Below, in pieces: positions 1 to 9,334 of a stretch of DNA of 64,000 nt. The number at the start of each line of letters is the position of its first letter. The first letter of the stretch is position 1. The DNA is from Mariniphaga sp. (lineage in GTDB: Bacteria > Bacteroidota > Bacteroidia > Bacteroidales > Prolixibacteraceae): positions 179,715 to 243,714 of the forward strand of contig JAWLCW010000005.1 of assembly GCA_041686935.1 (NCBI GenBank), given 5' to 3'. The notes under the pieces were generated by a model. That model saw only the letters and a list, made by a program, of their open reading frames with translations, ran no database searches and was not told the DNA's origin. The translations under genes and the position numbers were made by a program.

Positions 1-177
1 AACATCCCCGGCGCCGACGAGTGGTATGTGGTTTATCACCGCCGTCCGCTCACCGAAACTTCGCCACACCACCGGGTTACCTGCATCGATAAAATGGAGT
101 TTGACGAGGATGGGAAAATTCTGCCGGTAAAGATTACAAACAGCGGAGTGGAGGCCAGGGAATTAGTTAAATTCTAA
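1..177 (+). CDS. 3' end of a glycoside hydrolase (GH43-like), 5' partial
   Basis: Frame +1 is open from the window edge to TAA at 175-177. The tail ...EWYVVYHRRPL...HHRVTCIDKMEFDEDGKILPVKIT resembles C-termini of GH43-type beta-propeller hydrolases. The start lies outside the window. Confidence 0.45.
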   Translation, partial: NIPGADEWYVVYHRRPLTETSPHHRVTCIDKMEFDEDGKILPVKITNSGVEARELVKF

Positions 178-249
178 TGAATGATTTGTTAGTGTGAAAA
201 CAAATCCTTCGTTTTAAATCGGGTTTATATCAGGGAATAATCTTTTTTC

Positions 250-549
250 TTTTTCACCGGCGCTTTTATCGAAGGTCCGAAGGACTCCTTTGGAGGATTC
301 CGATGGGAAGCCCGATGATTGGCTTTCTCCTTTTTTTAGGTGTTTAATCTATTAACGGCTGAAGCCTGGTTTATCTGTTGTGCTCTCTGCAATCACCGGG
401 CTTTCCAAAGGAATCCCCTCGGGAGAAGCCACGGTGTAAAACCTTCTTTTTTTCACCGGCGCTTTAGCCCGGTGTGTTAGCTTTCCCGCCTCTCTTTACC
501 AGCTTTAGCGTTTAATCTTTTAACGGCTGAAGTCACGGTGTAAAACCTT
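250..549. repeat. Degenerate tandem duplication in an ORF-free intergenic region
   Basis: Three blocks recur in the same order: TTTTTCACCGGCGCTTT (250-266 / 449-465), GTTTAATCT[A/T]TTAACGGCTGAAG (342-364 / 510-532) and CACGGTGTAAAACCTT (430-445 / 534-549). The second copy is shorter. Confidence 0.7.
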
Positions 550-592
550 CAATTTTTGTAAAACAATTTTTTATAAGATTGAAAAAGTAGAA

Positions 593-817
593 TTACAAAG
601 TTTCTATTCTGCCCACGGATTGAATTTTTATTGGAACATGCTCTATTAAAGCGGGGATTTTAATGTTGGGAATGTCGCTGTTATTTTCCACTGAAACAAT
701 TATGCCTGGCTTTTCTTCAATCCTGCCAATTCCAACTGCAACAACTCCTTTTAAACGGAGCCATTTTTTTTCGTTTTTTCGTTTAACTTTTAAAGCAATT
801 TTCATTGGGTCCTTCAT
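593..817 (-). CDS. Small protein homologous to the N-terminal domain of the adjacent S1 protease
   Basis: 74-aa ORF. KGVVAVGIGRIEEKPGIIVSVENNSD..IPALIEHVPIKIQSVGRIETL aligns by eye with RNVVATGIGYKKVGGKITSELSIICSVDVKK..LIPAFIQDIPTDVNPVGVLRAL of the 339-aa protein upstream. Confidence 0.5.
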   Translation of the reverse strand: MKDPMKIALKVKRKNEKKWLRLKGVVAVGIGRIEEKPGIIVSVENNSDIPNIKIPALIEHVPIKIQSVGRIETL

Positions 818-880
818 GGCAAAATTTCTAACAGATTGAATTATTGAATCTGAAAAATACGCGATATCCGGTTCTTTATT

Positions 881-1900
881 CTATGGCAATGTAACATTCA
901 TGGCACTGAAAACATTACCGATTCTGTTCATTAACGTTGTTGTATCGCTTCCGGCAAACAGCAATCCAACCAGATGATTGTCTTCACTCAATACTGCAGA
1001 ACCGCTGTCTCCACCCTGGCTCATTGCGCCTGCCAGCAACTGATCGGTAAAAAGTGCCGTTTTATTCACTCCGTAACTCACCCGTGCCGTGACATTTGTT
1101 TGTTCTATGGTACCATAGGTTAATCCGGTAGTTCTCCCACTTTTTTTAATTTGCATGTCCAGTTCTGCCTCCTTAATTCCTGTAATCTGTCCGAATCCGA
1201 GGATTTCATTTATAACATCTTCCGGGTTAACGGGTTTTGCAATGGCACAATCCACTTTATTTTCAGTTTGTTGAATTCGGAAAGTGCGCAGTCTTGTTGT
1301 GCTGCCAATCCAGGAAGCAAGTGTATTTAAAAAGCCTGCAGTTTTTAATCCGATTTCGCAAGGAGGAAGAGTTGGACCGCCATCGCCACCATCTTCAAAA
1401 ATGATCGGAACAAATTCACTTAACTCTGCAATTTTATCCGCCGGATTTTGGCCTCCGTCATGCGGTCCTGGCTGAATTACAGCATCTCCGGAAGATGCCG
1501 CATTGCTGTTGGCTATCACGTGATTGTTAGAAAGAATGTAAATATCATTCACTTTTTTTACCAGGCAACCCAGGGTTCCGGCTGTAATCAGGTAATGTCC
1601 GATGCTTACTCCGCCTGGTGCAGGCCTGAACCGCCCGGTGGGAGATTGCAATGCCCGCAAAACCCCGACCGGATTTACATCGGTAGGAATATCCTGGATA
1701 AAAGCGGGAATCAGGTCTTTACTGTCGAGCTTGTTTTTCGGCTTTTTTACATCTACCGAACAAATAATGGAAAGCTCAGATGTGATTTTTCCCCCTACCT
1801 TTTTGTAACCGATCCCGGTAGCAACCACATTGCGGTTTTTAAAAAGTTCATACTTTGCTGTTTCCAGTTTCTCTCTGATTTCTTCTGTTCTTGAATTCAT
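881..1900 (-). CDS. Chymotrypsin-fold (S1 family) serine protease
   Basis: 339 aa. The triad contexts are visible: His in ILSNNHVIAN, Asp in VDCAIAKP and Ser in GGDSGSAV. The C-terminal LVGLLFAGS is typical of trypsin-like peptidases. Confidence 0.75.
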   Translation of the reverse strand: MNSRTEEIREKLETAKYELFKNRNVVATGIGYKKVGGKITSELSIICSVDVKKPKNKLDSKDLIPAFIQDIPTDVNPVGVLRALQSPTGRFRPAPGGVSIGHYLITAGTLGCLVKKVNDIYILSNNHVIANSNAASSGDAVIQPGPHDGGQNPADKIAELSEFVPIIFEDGGDGGPTLPPCEIGLKTAGFLNTLASWIGSTTRLRTFRIQQTENKVDCAIAKPVNPEDVINEILGFGQITGIKEAELDMQIKKSGRTTGLTYGTIEQTNVTARVSYGVNKTALFTDQLLAGAMSQGGDSGSAVLSEDNHLVGLLFAGSDTTTLMNRIGNVFSAMNVTLP

Positions 1901-2059
1901 GATTGCCTCCTTTCATTTTTCAGAAAAAGATTTATTTATCTGTATTCTGATCAAATTTATGAAAATGAATTCATTCGGCCTGCATGGAAAAAGAAAAAAA
2001 ATGAATAAAGGGGAAAGCGTGTCGTATTACTTTCCCCTTTCATCCGATTATAAATTTTG

Positions 2060-3889
2060 CTACTGAATTACAGCCACCCAGTCCTTTTCTTTTTCTTCCG
2101 GCGGGTTTCCGATACTGGCAACTCCGGGACCTTTCATTTCGGAAATATTTCCAACTTTCAACTCTCCGCCTTCCCTCGGGTTAAACCATTTTACGCTGTA
2201 GGTTTTATCTGAATCCAACTTCAGTTTACATTCTCCTGCTTTCACTGGAAGGTAAATCACATATATTTCACCCGGACTGGCAAAACAAAATGCATTTTCA
2301 AGGTTCACCAGTTCGTTGGCCGGTTTCATGGATTCAACCGGCAAGGTGTTCACATATTGCGTGGCAATGGTTGATTGTTTCCACCAGTTTTGGCGGCTGC
2401 GGAAATCTTCCAGGTTTAAATCATTGTGCGGATACCGGTAACCGAAATACCACTCCACGCCCCCGGCTCCGGCCATTAAGGCTCCCCAAAGTGCCTGATT
2501 TCGTACGGTATCGTGATTTGCGTCATACGAGTCGGGCATTACGCCTTTCCAGTGCGGACCAAGTTCATCGAGGTTTACCAGCCAGCGTTTACCTGCTTTT
2601 TCAGATTCGTTTACCCATTTGGCAATGCGCTGGTTTATGCGTGCCGGATTGCCGATTTGCATGCTGGGCCCGTCGAGGTTTTCAAAACCCAGGAATGGAG
2701 TGAGGTATTCATCCTGATGATGGTCATCAGCATGGGTATGTACCACCACAATATTTGGAAACGGATTGATTTTTTTCAGGTAATTGGCCATGTCCACCTT
2801 TTGCTGGTGGGTCTGTCCGATGGGAGTCCAGTTGGCCGGGCCGTTTTCCTCGCCCATGTTCCAGGTAACTGCCAGGTGGTGGCCAAACCGGGCAATCAGT
2901 TCGCGCAGGTAAACCATCCGCTGTACATCGGTGAATCCATTATCGAGCAGCGTTTCGTTTTCGGTTTCCTGCAAAACAAAATGCAGCATGATGCCAAGCT
3001 TTTGGGCATGGTCGAAAACGATTTCCCACTGGTCGAGTTTGCTGCAGTCGAACCGGTACCGTTCGTTGTGATCTGTGTAAGGCCAAACGTCTTTCCCGTC
3101 GCCCAGTATATTCATAGTCAGCATGTAAACTGAATTCACCCCTGCAAAATGAAGGTAATTCAGCGCACCGATTATTCCTTTTCCCTTTCCGTTCTGCCAG
3201 GTGGGATCGCCTTCGTTCCAGTCGGCCATGTGCGGTTCGTATTTGTGTAAATCCTTTTTCGGGTCGGCTTCTCCTTCACGCACTTCTGTTTTCAGGCTGA
3301 AACGCGAAGTCTGGTCAAAGTCGGCAAAAGCCAGAAAATTCTCCGGACTGTCGGCGCCATTTTTAATCCATATATTTTCGGAACCCTGAAATTTGAAGTA
3401 GCCTTTTCCCCCGTTAACAATACGCCCTTTTGCGCGAAAGTCGTCACCCGTTTTATCCGAAGGCTCAATGGTAAAAGTTCCTTCGCGCCCATCGAGCATA
3501 TCGATCGGTTCACCATGGTTATTATTTTCTTTCACAATAATATCTTTTCCTTTTCTGAACGAAATTTTGTACTTCCATTCGCCGGGTTCATCAGGCCGGA
3601 ACCGCACTTTCCAGATATTTCCCTCTTCAACCGAGTTTTCGGCGGCATTTACGACTGTTGCAAAAAAACCGGGTACAGTGTAACTTTTGTTTCCTTTTGT
3701 GAATGTAGCTTCCAGTTTATAATCCAGGAAGGGATTTTCTTTCGCATACTCCGAAGTTAGCGGACCGGGAATTACCAGCGTAACTTTATGCCATTGTTTC
3801 AATTCGCCGTCATGTAAAATATACGGTTCTTCGGCTTTTGATTGGGTAAAAAGAAAGAAAAACAGGAAAAATAAGGTCAGGTTTTTCAT
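2060..3889 (-). CDS. Secreted glycoside-hydrolase-like protein (DUF5060-type N-terminal beta-sandwich plus TIM-barrel domain)
   Basis: 609 aa with an N-terminal signal peptide. The block HKVTLVIPGP...NPFLDYKLEATFTKGNKSYTVPGFFA is typical of DUF5060-containing putative hydrolases. The family cannot be assigned by eye. Confidence 0.5.
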   Translation of the reverse strand: MKNLTLFFLFFFLFTQSKAEEPYILHDGELKQWHKVTLVIPGPLTSEYAKENPFLDYKLEATFTKGNKSYTVPGFFATVVNAAENSVEEGNIWKVRFRPDEPGEWKYKISFRKGKDIIVKENNNHGEPIDMLDGREGTFTIEPSDKTGDDFRAKGRIVNGGKGYFKFQGSENIWIKNGADSPENFLAFADFDQTSRFSLKTEVREGEADPKKDLHKYEPHMADWNEGDPTWQNGKGKGIIGALNYLHFAGVNSVYMLTMNILGDGKDVWPYTDHNERYRFDCSKLDQWEIVFDHAQKLGIMLHFVLQETENETLLDNGFTDVQRMVYLRELIARFGHHLAVTWNMGEENGPANWTPIGQTHQQKVDMANYLKKINPFPNIVVVHTHADDHHQDEYLTPFLGFENLDGPSMQIGNPARINQRIAKWVNESEKAGKRWLVNLDELGPHWKGVMPDSYDANHDTVRNQALWGALMAGAGGVEWYFGYRYPHNDLNLEDFRSRQNWWKQSTIATQYVNTLPVESMKPANELVNLENAFCFASPGEIYVIYLPVKAGECKLKLDSDKTYSVKWFNPREGGELKVGNISEMKGPGVASIGNPPEEKEKDWVAVIQ

Positions 3890-3907
3890 TGTATGGTTAT
3901 TTAAAAA

Positions 3908-4609
3908 TTATTCTGTTGGTGTAAGTTTATCAATAGGAGTTAATTCCAGTTTTCTGAATTCCACCTCGGAGCCTTCGGCCTGAACTGCAATTTGTCCATT
4001 GGTGGCTGTGCAGTTGTATCCGTAATTGACCAGGTCGCCGTTTACCCAAATTTTCACTTCATGTCCAACACATTCAATAACCATGTTGTTCCATTCGCCG
4101 ACCGGGTTTTCCGAACCGTCGGTCAGGTTTAAAATCCTGCGACGCTTCCCTTCGGTAATTCCCCATTCATCTTTCGGACCGCGGCGATCTTCCATGTCAG
4201 GCACGGTAATGTCCTCAACAATGCACCAGAAATCGCCTGCATTTTCGTGCATCATCTGCACTTCCAGCGACTTGGGAAACATGTTGTACAACGCCCGGGG
4301 AGTAGAGGCATGAACTAAAATCCCGCAATTTCCCGGTTCGCCCGGAAAGCGGTATTCAGCTTCAATCCGGTAGTTTTGAAAAACCGAATCGGTAATCAGA
4401 TGGCCCTGCGGAGTGCCAAGGCTCACCAGCATTCCGTCACGCACAATAAACGGATTAATGGCATCCGGATCATTATCCATCGCGGGGACATCCACATGCC
4501 AGCCGGTTAAATCAACTCCATTAAAAAGACTTTTAGTTTTGCCGGCCTGTTGATTTGTGCAGGAACCCGCAAATAAAAGAATACAAACAGCAGCAATTAA
4601 CTTTTTCAT
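3908..4609 (-). CDS. DUF1080 (3-keto-disaccharide hydrolase family) lipoprotein
   Basis: 233 aa with the lipobox-like signal LFAGSC. It has DUF1080-style blocks GW..D.....F.VRDGML, NYRIEAEYRF and IAVQAEGSEVEFRKLEL. Confidence 0.7.
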   Translation of the reverse strand: MKKLIAAVCILLFAGSCTNQQAGKTKSLFNGVDLTGWHVDVPAMDNDPDAINPFIVRDGMLVSLGTPQGHLITDSVFQNYRIEAEYRFPGEPGNCGILVHASTPRALYNMFPKSLEVQMMHENAGDFWCIVEDITVPDMEDRRGPKDEWGITEGKRRRILNLTDGSENPVGEWNNMVIECVGHEVKIWVNGDLVNYGYNCTATNGQIAVQAEGSEVEFRKLELTPIDKLTPTE

Positions 4610-4634
4610 GTTGAATATTTATTGATTTTTGAAA

Positions 4635-5603
4635 TTAAATTCTGTAAATCTCTTTATTAACCATTTTCATCAGACCGCTGTAATTTTCGGTGCGCATCAT
4701 TTCCGATATTTTTTCGCGGTTTAATGTTTTGGCCAGTTCGTACGCGCCGATGGTAATTTCGGAATGGCGGTTAAAAAACTCCAGTACATCGAAAATGCGT
4801 GGAGAGGCATCGGTAGTAAAATACTTGTTGTAATTGTATGCCTGAGCCCAGTACATTAATTCCACATAGTGCAGAAAATGACGGCTGGCGCCCACCAGGT
4901 CCCAGTCGGCTTTGGTATCGTTGTCGTTGGTGTGAATGTAGGCATCAAATCCACTTTCGTAGATCAACGATAAGGACTGTGCCGGGTTTTCCTGGCTTTG
5001 CAATGAATGGCCCATATCAAGGGTGATTCCGGTATTTTCACATTTTACATCCTTTAACAGTAACAAAGCTTTTGCGGTGGTGTCGAGCTGGCAATGTACA
5101 CGCGTTTCGGAATATTTCGGCTCGATAAACAGCGGAATTTCCGGCAGGTGGTCAGCCGCTTCGCCAATGGTTTCAACCATATAATTCCAGGCTGTTTTGT
5201 AATTGATTTGAAACAGTACATCGTATCCATCGCTGAGCGGGCAGCAGGTAACATGAGGCGCACCAACGGCTTTTGCAAAATCTTTGGCTTTTTTAATCAT
5301 AGCAACAGCGCGGTCGCGAATGGCTTTTTCGGGCCGCGAAAGTGCGCCAGGCACCCACTCTTTTTCCTTTTTAACATTTACGTTGATGGCGGCAAATTCC
5401 AACCCGTATTCATTCATCCAAGATTTGGTTTCTTCCGGTTCACCGTTTTCATACGGAAAAACCATCTCCACCCCTGTAAAACCTTCAATTTTTGAAACCA
5501 CTTCCAGCTTCTCTTTTGTGGTAACCGGTTTTTGGTATTCCGAAAAACGGTCCTGTGTTTTCCCTAAAAATCCGATAATAACTCCCTGTTTAATTTCAGA
5601 CAT
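4635..5603 (-). CDS. Sugar phosphate isomerase/epimerase (xylose-isomerase-like TIM barrel)
   Basis: 322 aa with no signal peptide. Its length and pattern (FIEPK..E, LDMGH) are consistent with AP-endonuclease-2/xylose-isomerase-like TIM barrels. Confidence 0.6.
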   Translation of the reverse strand: MSEIKQGVIIGFLGKTQDRFSEYQKPVTTKEKLEVVSKIEGFTGVEMVFPYENGEPEETKSWMNEYGLEFAAINVNVKKEKEWVPGALSRPEKAIRDRAVAMIKKAKDFAKAVGAPHVTCCPLSDGYDVLFQINYKTAWNYMVETIGEAADHLPEIPLFIEPKYSETRVHCQLDTTAKALLLLKDVKCENTGITLDMGHSLQSQENPAQSLSLIYESGFDAYIHTNDNDTKADWDLVGASRHFLHYVELMYWAQAYNYNKYFTTDASPRIFDVLEFFNRHSEITIGAYELAKTLNREKISEMMRTENYSGLMKMVNKEIYRI

Positions 5604-5622
5604 GTTCTCTTTTTTTCTTTGA

Positions 5623-6264
5623 TTATGTTAGAAACTCTTTTATTGATTCGGCCATTGTTTCGAGAATGATGCAGCATGATGTTGCACCTGCATCGGGTAC
5701 CCCGCGCGAACGCTCTCCGAGACGGCTGGCACGGCCTAACCTGGCAACCATGTCCCTGGTGGAATCGCGGCCGGCTATTGCGGCACTTTTCATTTCATCA
5801 AGCGTTTCTGTAAAACTTTTACCCTCGGCAGCAGCCTTTTTATAGGCCAAAACAGCCGGATGAAGTGCATCAATCAATGTTTTATCGCCGGGCTGGGCGG
5901 GTGAAATGGACTGAACCGAAGTAAGCATTGCGTTCAGTGCGCTTCCAAATTCCTCAATGCCAATTTCATTTTTACCCTCCAGTTCGGTGGCAAAACCTTT
6001 AAACATTTTTCCATACAGCGGCCCCATGGAACCGCCGATTTTCATCATCAGAATTTTTGACAAAATTTTGGCGGAGTATGCCAAATCGCCCGGATTTTTT
6101 TCCAGTTCTTCCCGGCACATAGTAAATCCCTTGTTCATGTTTATGCCGTGGTCGCCGTCGCCTATCAATCCGTCAATATCGCTCAGATACTGTTTGTTTT
6201 CCTGTATGGCTTTTACCAGGTTTTCGATAATGACTGCACCCTCTTTGTTTGAAAAAACTTTCAT
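5623..6264 (-). CDS. dhaL: Dihydroxyacetone-kinase family, ADP-binding subunit DhaL
   Basis: 213 aa. It carries the DhaL signature GDGDHGINMNKGF and an all-helical composition. Confidence 0.85.
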   Translation of the reverse strand: MKVFSNKEGAVIIENLVKAIQENKQYLSDIDGLIGDGDHGINMNKGFTMCREELEKNPGDLAYSAKILSKILMMKIGGSMGPLYGKMFKGFATELEGKNEIGIEEFGSALNAMLTSVQSISPAQPGDKTLIDALHPAVLAYKKAAAEGKSFTETLDEMKSAAIAGRDSTRDMVARLGRASRLGERSRGVPDAGATSCCIILETMAESIKEFLT

Positions 6265-6329
6265 AATTTCTGTTATCGTTTCATTTTTTACATGCCGGTT
6301 TTAAACCGGGCTAAATCATTTTTTTCCTG

Positions 6330-7664
6330 TCATAACTTCGGAAACTCCCATCCGTTTTGGTAATCGGGACGAATGAAAGCATCGGCTTCAGGATTGTTCC
6401 GAAACTTCATTTTGTTTGCATCATAGTTGAGACTTATACCGCCCAACCGGTTCGAAATATTGGCAATACAGGCCACTTCTGTTGCATAGCTTCCCTTTTC
6501 AATCGTTCCGTTGGTATTCGGGTTGTTGGTCCGGATACATTCGGCCCAGTTGATCATGTGATTGTGTTGATTGCCGTAAGGACCGGTCACAACTTCCGGC
6601 TTAATCAGCGGGTTCCCTTTTGCATCGTTTTGCGGAATTATCTCGTATCCGGTCCGGTTGCAAACCAGGGTGCCGTTGCTTCCAATCCAGGCAACTCCGT
6701 CGGGTCTGTTATAAAGCCTGGTATTTTGCTGTTCCCAAACCACATGGTAGTTGTCAAACTGAAAAACTGAAGTTTGAACCCTCGGTGTTTCGGTCAATGT
6801 TTCGGGATGCCTGTAACCAACCGAAAAAACTGTTTTCGGGTATTCTCTCGGATGGCCCAGTGCGAGTAGACCATCGAATGCCGAATCGAGGTAATGCACC
6901 CAGTCCGTTTGCTGACCCCCGCCAAAATCCCAGTAATTCCTCCACTGCCGGTGAAACCGGTTACTGTTGTATGGGCGATAACGTGCCGGACCAATCCACA
7001 TGTTGTAATCCAGCGTTTCGGGCACGGACTGCGGCGCGGGGTCGTAAATAACCGGATTGGTATTGCCTGGTATCCAGCAGTGTACCTTGTAAACATCGCC
7101 CAATATGCCTGTTTTTAATATATTGAATGCATCGGTGAAATATCCCAGACTGATTTGCCAGAGCCCCGTAGTTACCACATTCTTATACCTGCGTTGCAGA
7201 TCAACCATCAGCCTGCATTCTGCAATGGTTCGGCCAACAGGCTTTTCAACATAAATGGCTTTTTCGGCCCTGCATGCTTCGGCAAACATATAAGCATGCC
7301 AGTGGTCGGGAGTGGCAATGATAACTCCGTCGATATCCTTGTTGCCGAGCAGCTTGCGAAAATCGTCGTAAAACTTTATGCTGCCTGCTCTCCCGGGGAA
7401 TTCATTTTTAAGCACGGCTGCTTGTTCCTTCAGCCGGACCTGATCCACATCACACAGGGCAATACATTGTACTCCATTGTCTGCCCTAAGCAAGTGCTGC
7501 ATGTTTTCTGTACCCCACCAGTTTACTCCAATTACACCAATGTTGATTCGCTCGGAGGGAGATGCTGATGCGTAAAGGTTTCGGGGTATTGTTGTGTATA
7601 TTCCGGCCCCGGCCATTGTAATGGCTGAATTTTTCAGAAATGATCTTCTGCTTTTATTTTCCAT
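6330..7664 (-). CDS. Gfo/Idh/MocA family oxidoreductase with Tat signal
   Basis: 444 aa. The twin-arginine signal is SRRSFLKNSAITMAGAG. The Rossmann start is INIGVIGVNWWG and a GFO_IDH_MocA-like EKP motif (YVEKP) is present. Confidence 0.85.
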   Translation of the reverse strand: MENKSRRSFLKNSAITMAGAGIYTTIPRNLYASASPSERINIGVIGVNWWGTENMQHLLRADNGVQCIALCDVDQVRLKEQAAVLKNEFPGRAGSIKFYDDFRKLLGNKDIDGVIIATPDHWHAYMFAEACRAEKAIYVEKPVGRTIAECRLMVDLQRRYKNVVTTGLWQISLGYFTDAFNILKTGILGDVYKVHCWIPGNTNPVIYDPAPQSVPETLDYNMWIGPARYRPYNSNRFHRQWRNYWDFGGGQQTDWVHYLDSAFDGLLALGHPREYPKTVFSVGYRHPETLTETPRVQTSVFQFDNYHVVWEQQNTRLYNRPDGVAWIGSNGTLVCNRTGYEIIPQNDAKGNPLIKPEVVTGPYGNQHNHMINWAECIRTNNPNTNGTIEKGSYATEVACIANISNRLGGISLNYDANKMKFRNNPEADAFIRPDYQNGWEFPKL

Positions 7665-7665
7665 G

Positions 7666-8679
7666 TTATCTTTTTTTAATTTGAAACTGGCGCAACCCCA
7701 CCGAGTCGCATTCGTAATTGATGCATTTTTTTAATTCATCGTCGAGTTTCATCAGAGTGCAGGTTATTCCTGCCATTTCGAGCGATGTAAAGTAATTGCC
7801 CACGTAGGAATGATAAATTTTAATTCCTTTTTCGTTGAGGATTTTTTCCACATCGTTATACACAATGTATTGTTCCATTACCGGGGTTGAACCCAATCCG
7901 GAAACAAGTACAACTACCTCGTCTCCACTTTCGAACGGCAAATCGGGTAAAATGACATCACAACAGCGTTGGGCAATTTTGGCTGCCGGTTCAAGGTCGG
8001 CAATTTCAATTCCCGGTTCGCCGTGGTGTCCGATTCCCACCTCCATTTTGCCCTCTTCAATGGTGAAATTCGGGTGCCCAACCTCGGGGATGGTACACGG
8101 AGATAGGCCAATTCCCATGCTCCGGGTATTGTTAATTGCTTTTTGGGCGGCGGCAATAACCTCGTCGAGTGAAGCGCCCATGGCCGCTTTTGCGCCTCCC
8201 ACTTTCCACATCAGTATTTCGCCGGCCACACCGCGGCGTTTGTTTTCCTCGCCTTTGGGGGCCGAAGGTACATCGTCGTTTGCCACCACTTTTTTTACCT
8301 GAATTCCTTCATCTTCGGCTTCCTCCATGGCCATGGCCACGTTCATGTTGTCGCCGGCATAGTTTCCATAAAGAATTGCAACGCCTTTGCCTCCATCGGC
8401 AGCTTTAATGGCATCGTAAAACATTTGAGCCGGTGGCGATGAAAAAATCTCTCCTACAGCTACGGCATCCACCATATTCCGGCCAACATAACCCACAAAT
8501 GCCGGTTTATGGCCTGACCCTCCGCCGGTAACGATTCCGACTTTCCCCTGTAACGGCGCATTTTTGTATTTAATAACCCGTTCATTTTCGGTTTGAGCAA
8601 CCAGATCGGAATGCACTTTTACATAGGCTTCGAGCATTTCATCAACTACTTTCGATGGGTCGTTTATAAATTTTTGCAT
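7666..8679 (-). CDS. dhaK: Dihydroxyacetone-kinase family, substrate-binding subunit DhaK
   Basis: 337 aa. MQKFINDPSKVVDEMLEAYV... and GGGSGHKPAFVGYVG are classical DhaK motifs. Confidence 0.9.
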   Translation of the reverse strand: MQKFINDPSKVVDEMLEAYVKVHSDLVAQTENERVIKYKNAPLQGKVGIVTGGGSGHKPAFVGYVGRNMVDAVAVGEIFSSPPAQMFYDAIKAADGGKGVAILYGNYAGDNMNVAMAMEEAEDEGIQVKKVVANDDVPSAPKGEENKRRGVAGEILMWKVGGAKAAMGASLDEVIAAAQKAINNTRSMGIGLSPCTIPEVGHPNFTIEEGKMEVGIGHHGEPGIEIADLEPAAKIAQRCCDVILPDLPFESGDEVVVLVSGLGSTPVMEQYIVYNDVEKILNEKGIKIYHSYVGNYFTSLEMAGITCTLMKLDDELKKCINYECDSVGLRQFQIKKR

Positions 8680-8798
8680 GGCGTATAATTTATTATTTAT
8701 TAGTTATAATTGATTAATCTTCACACCTCTGTATTTGACATCTCCCTTTAAAAAGGGGAGAAATGTTTTGAATCACTGTTTAAAGTAAAACCGTAACC

Positions 8799-9260
8799 TT
8801 AATCTTTCGGATGAAATGAATTTTTCTCCAAATCGCGCATTTGCTGAACCTTAGGAGCTGAATCGCCACCCTGGAATTCAGATACCAGCCAGGCATCGAT
8901 AACTGTTTTAGCGAGTTCGGGGCCGATTACCCGCTCGCCCATGGTAATAATCTGGGCGTCGTTGCTTTTTCTAAGTCTTTCAGCAGAAAAAACATCGTGA
9001 CAGGTTCCGGCAAAAACGCCTTCCACCTTGTTGGCAATCATGGCCATTCCCAAACCGGTACCGCAAATGCTGATTCCCCGGTCGTAATTTCCAGCCTGAA
9101 TTTCTTTTGCCAGATTGTACCCGATTTCGGGATACATGGCATTTTTGTGCGTTGCCGAATAATTTAAATCCGTTATATCAATGCCTTTGCCTTTCAGATG
9201 ATCGAACAACACCTTTTTCAGGTTAAAAGCCGCATCGTCGCAATCAATACAAATTTTCAT
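8799..9260 (-). CDS. RpiB/LacA/LacB family sugar-phosphate isomerase
   Basis: 153 aa. MKICIDCDDAA... and ICGTGLGMAMIANK are hallmarks of the RpiB/LacAB family. Confidence 0.85.
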   Translation of the reverse strand: MKICIDCDDAAFNLKKVLFDHLKGKGIDITDLNYSATHKNAMYPEIGYNLAKEIQAGNYDRGISICGTGLGMAMIANKVEGVFAGTCHDVFSAERLRKSNDAQIITMGERVIGPELAKTVIDAWLVSEFQGGDSAPKVQQMRDLEKNSFHPKD

Positions 9261-9282
9261 ATTCTTTTATTTTTGATTTGAA

Positions 9283-9328
9283 CCACATAGGCACATAGAA
9301 AACTATTGTGACCTATGTGTCTATGTGG
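9283..9328. other. 16-bp stem hairpin between two co-directional genes
   Basis: CCACATAGGCACATAG (9283-9298) pairs with CTATGTGTCTATGTGG (9313-9328) with one mismatch and a 14-nt loop. Confidence 0.6.
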
Positions 9329-9334
9329 TATTTT

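Noticed and set aside
250-549. Possible CRISPR array in the repeat-rich intergenic region
   Set aside because: Each block has only two copies. Spacing is irregular, the blocks are of different types rather than one repeat, and no cas genes are present in the window.
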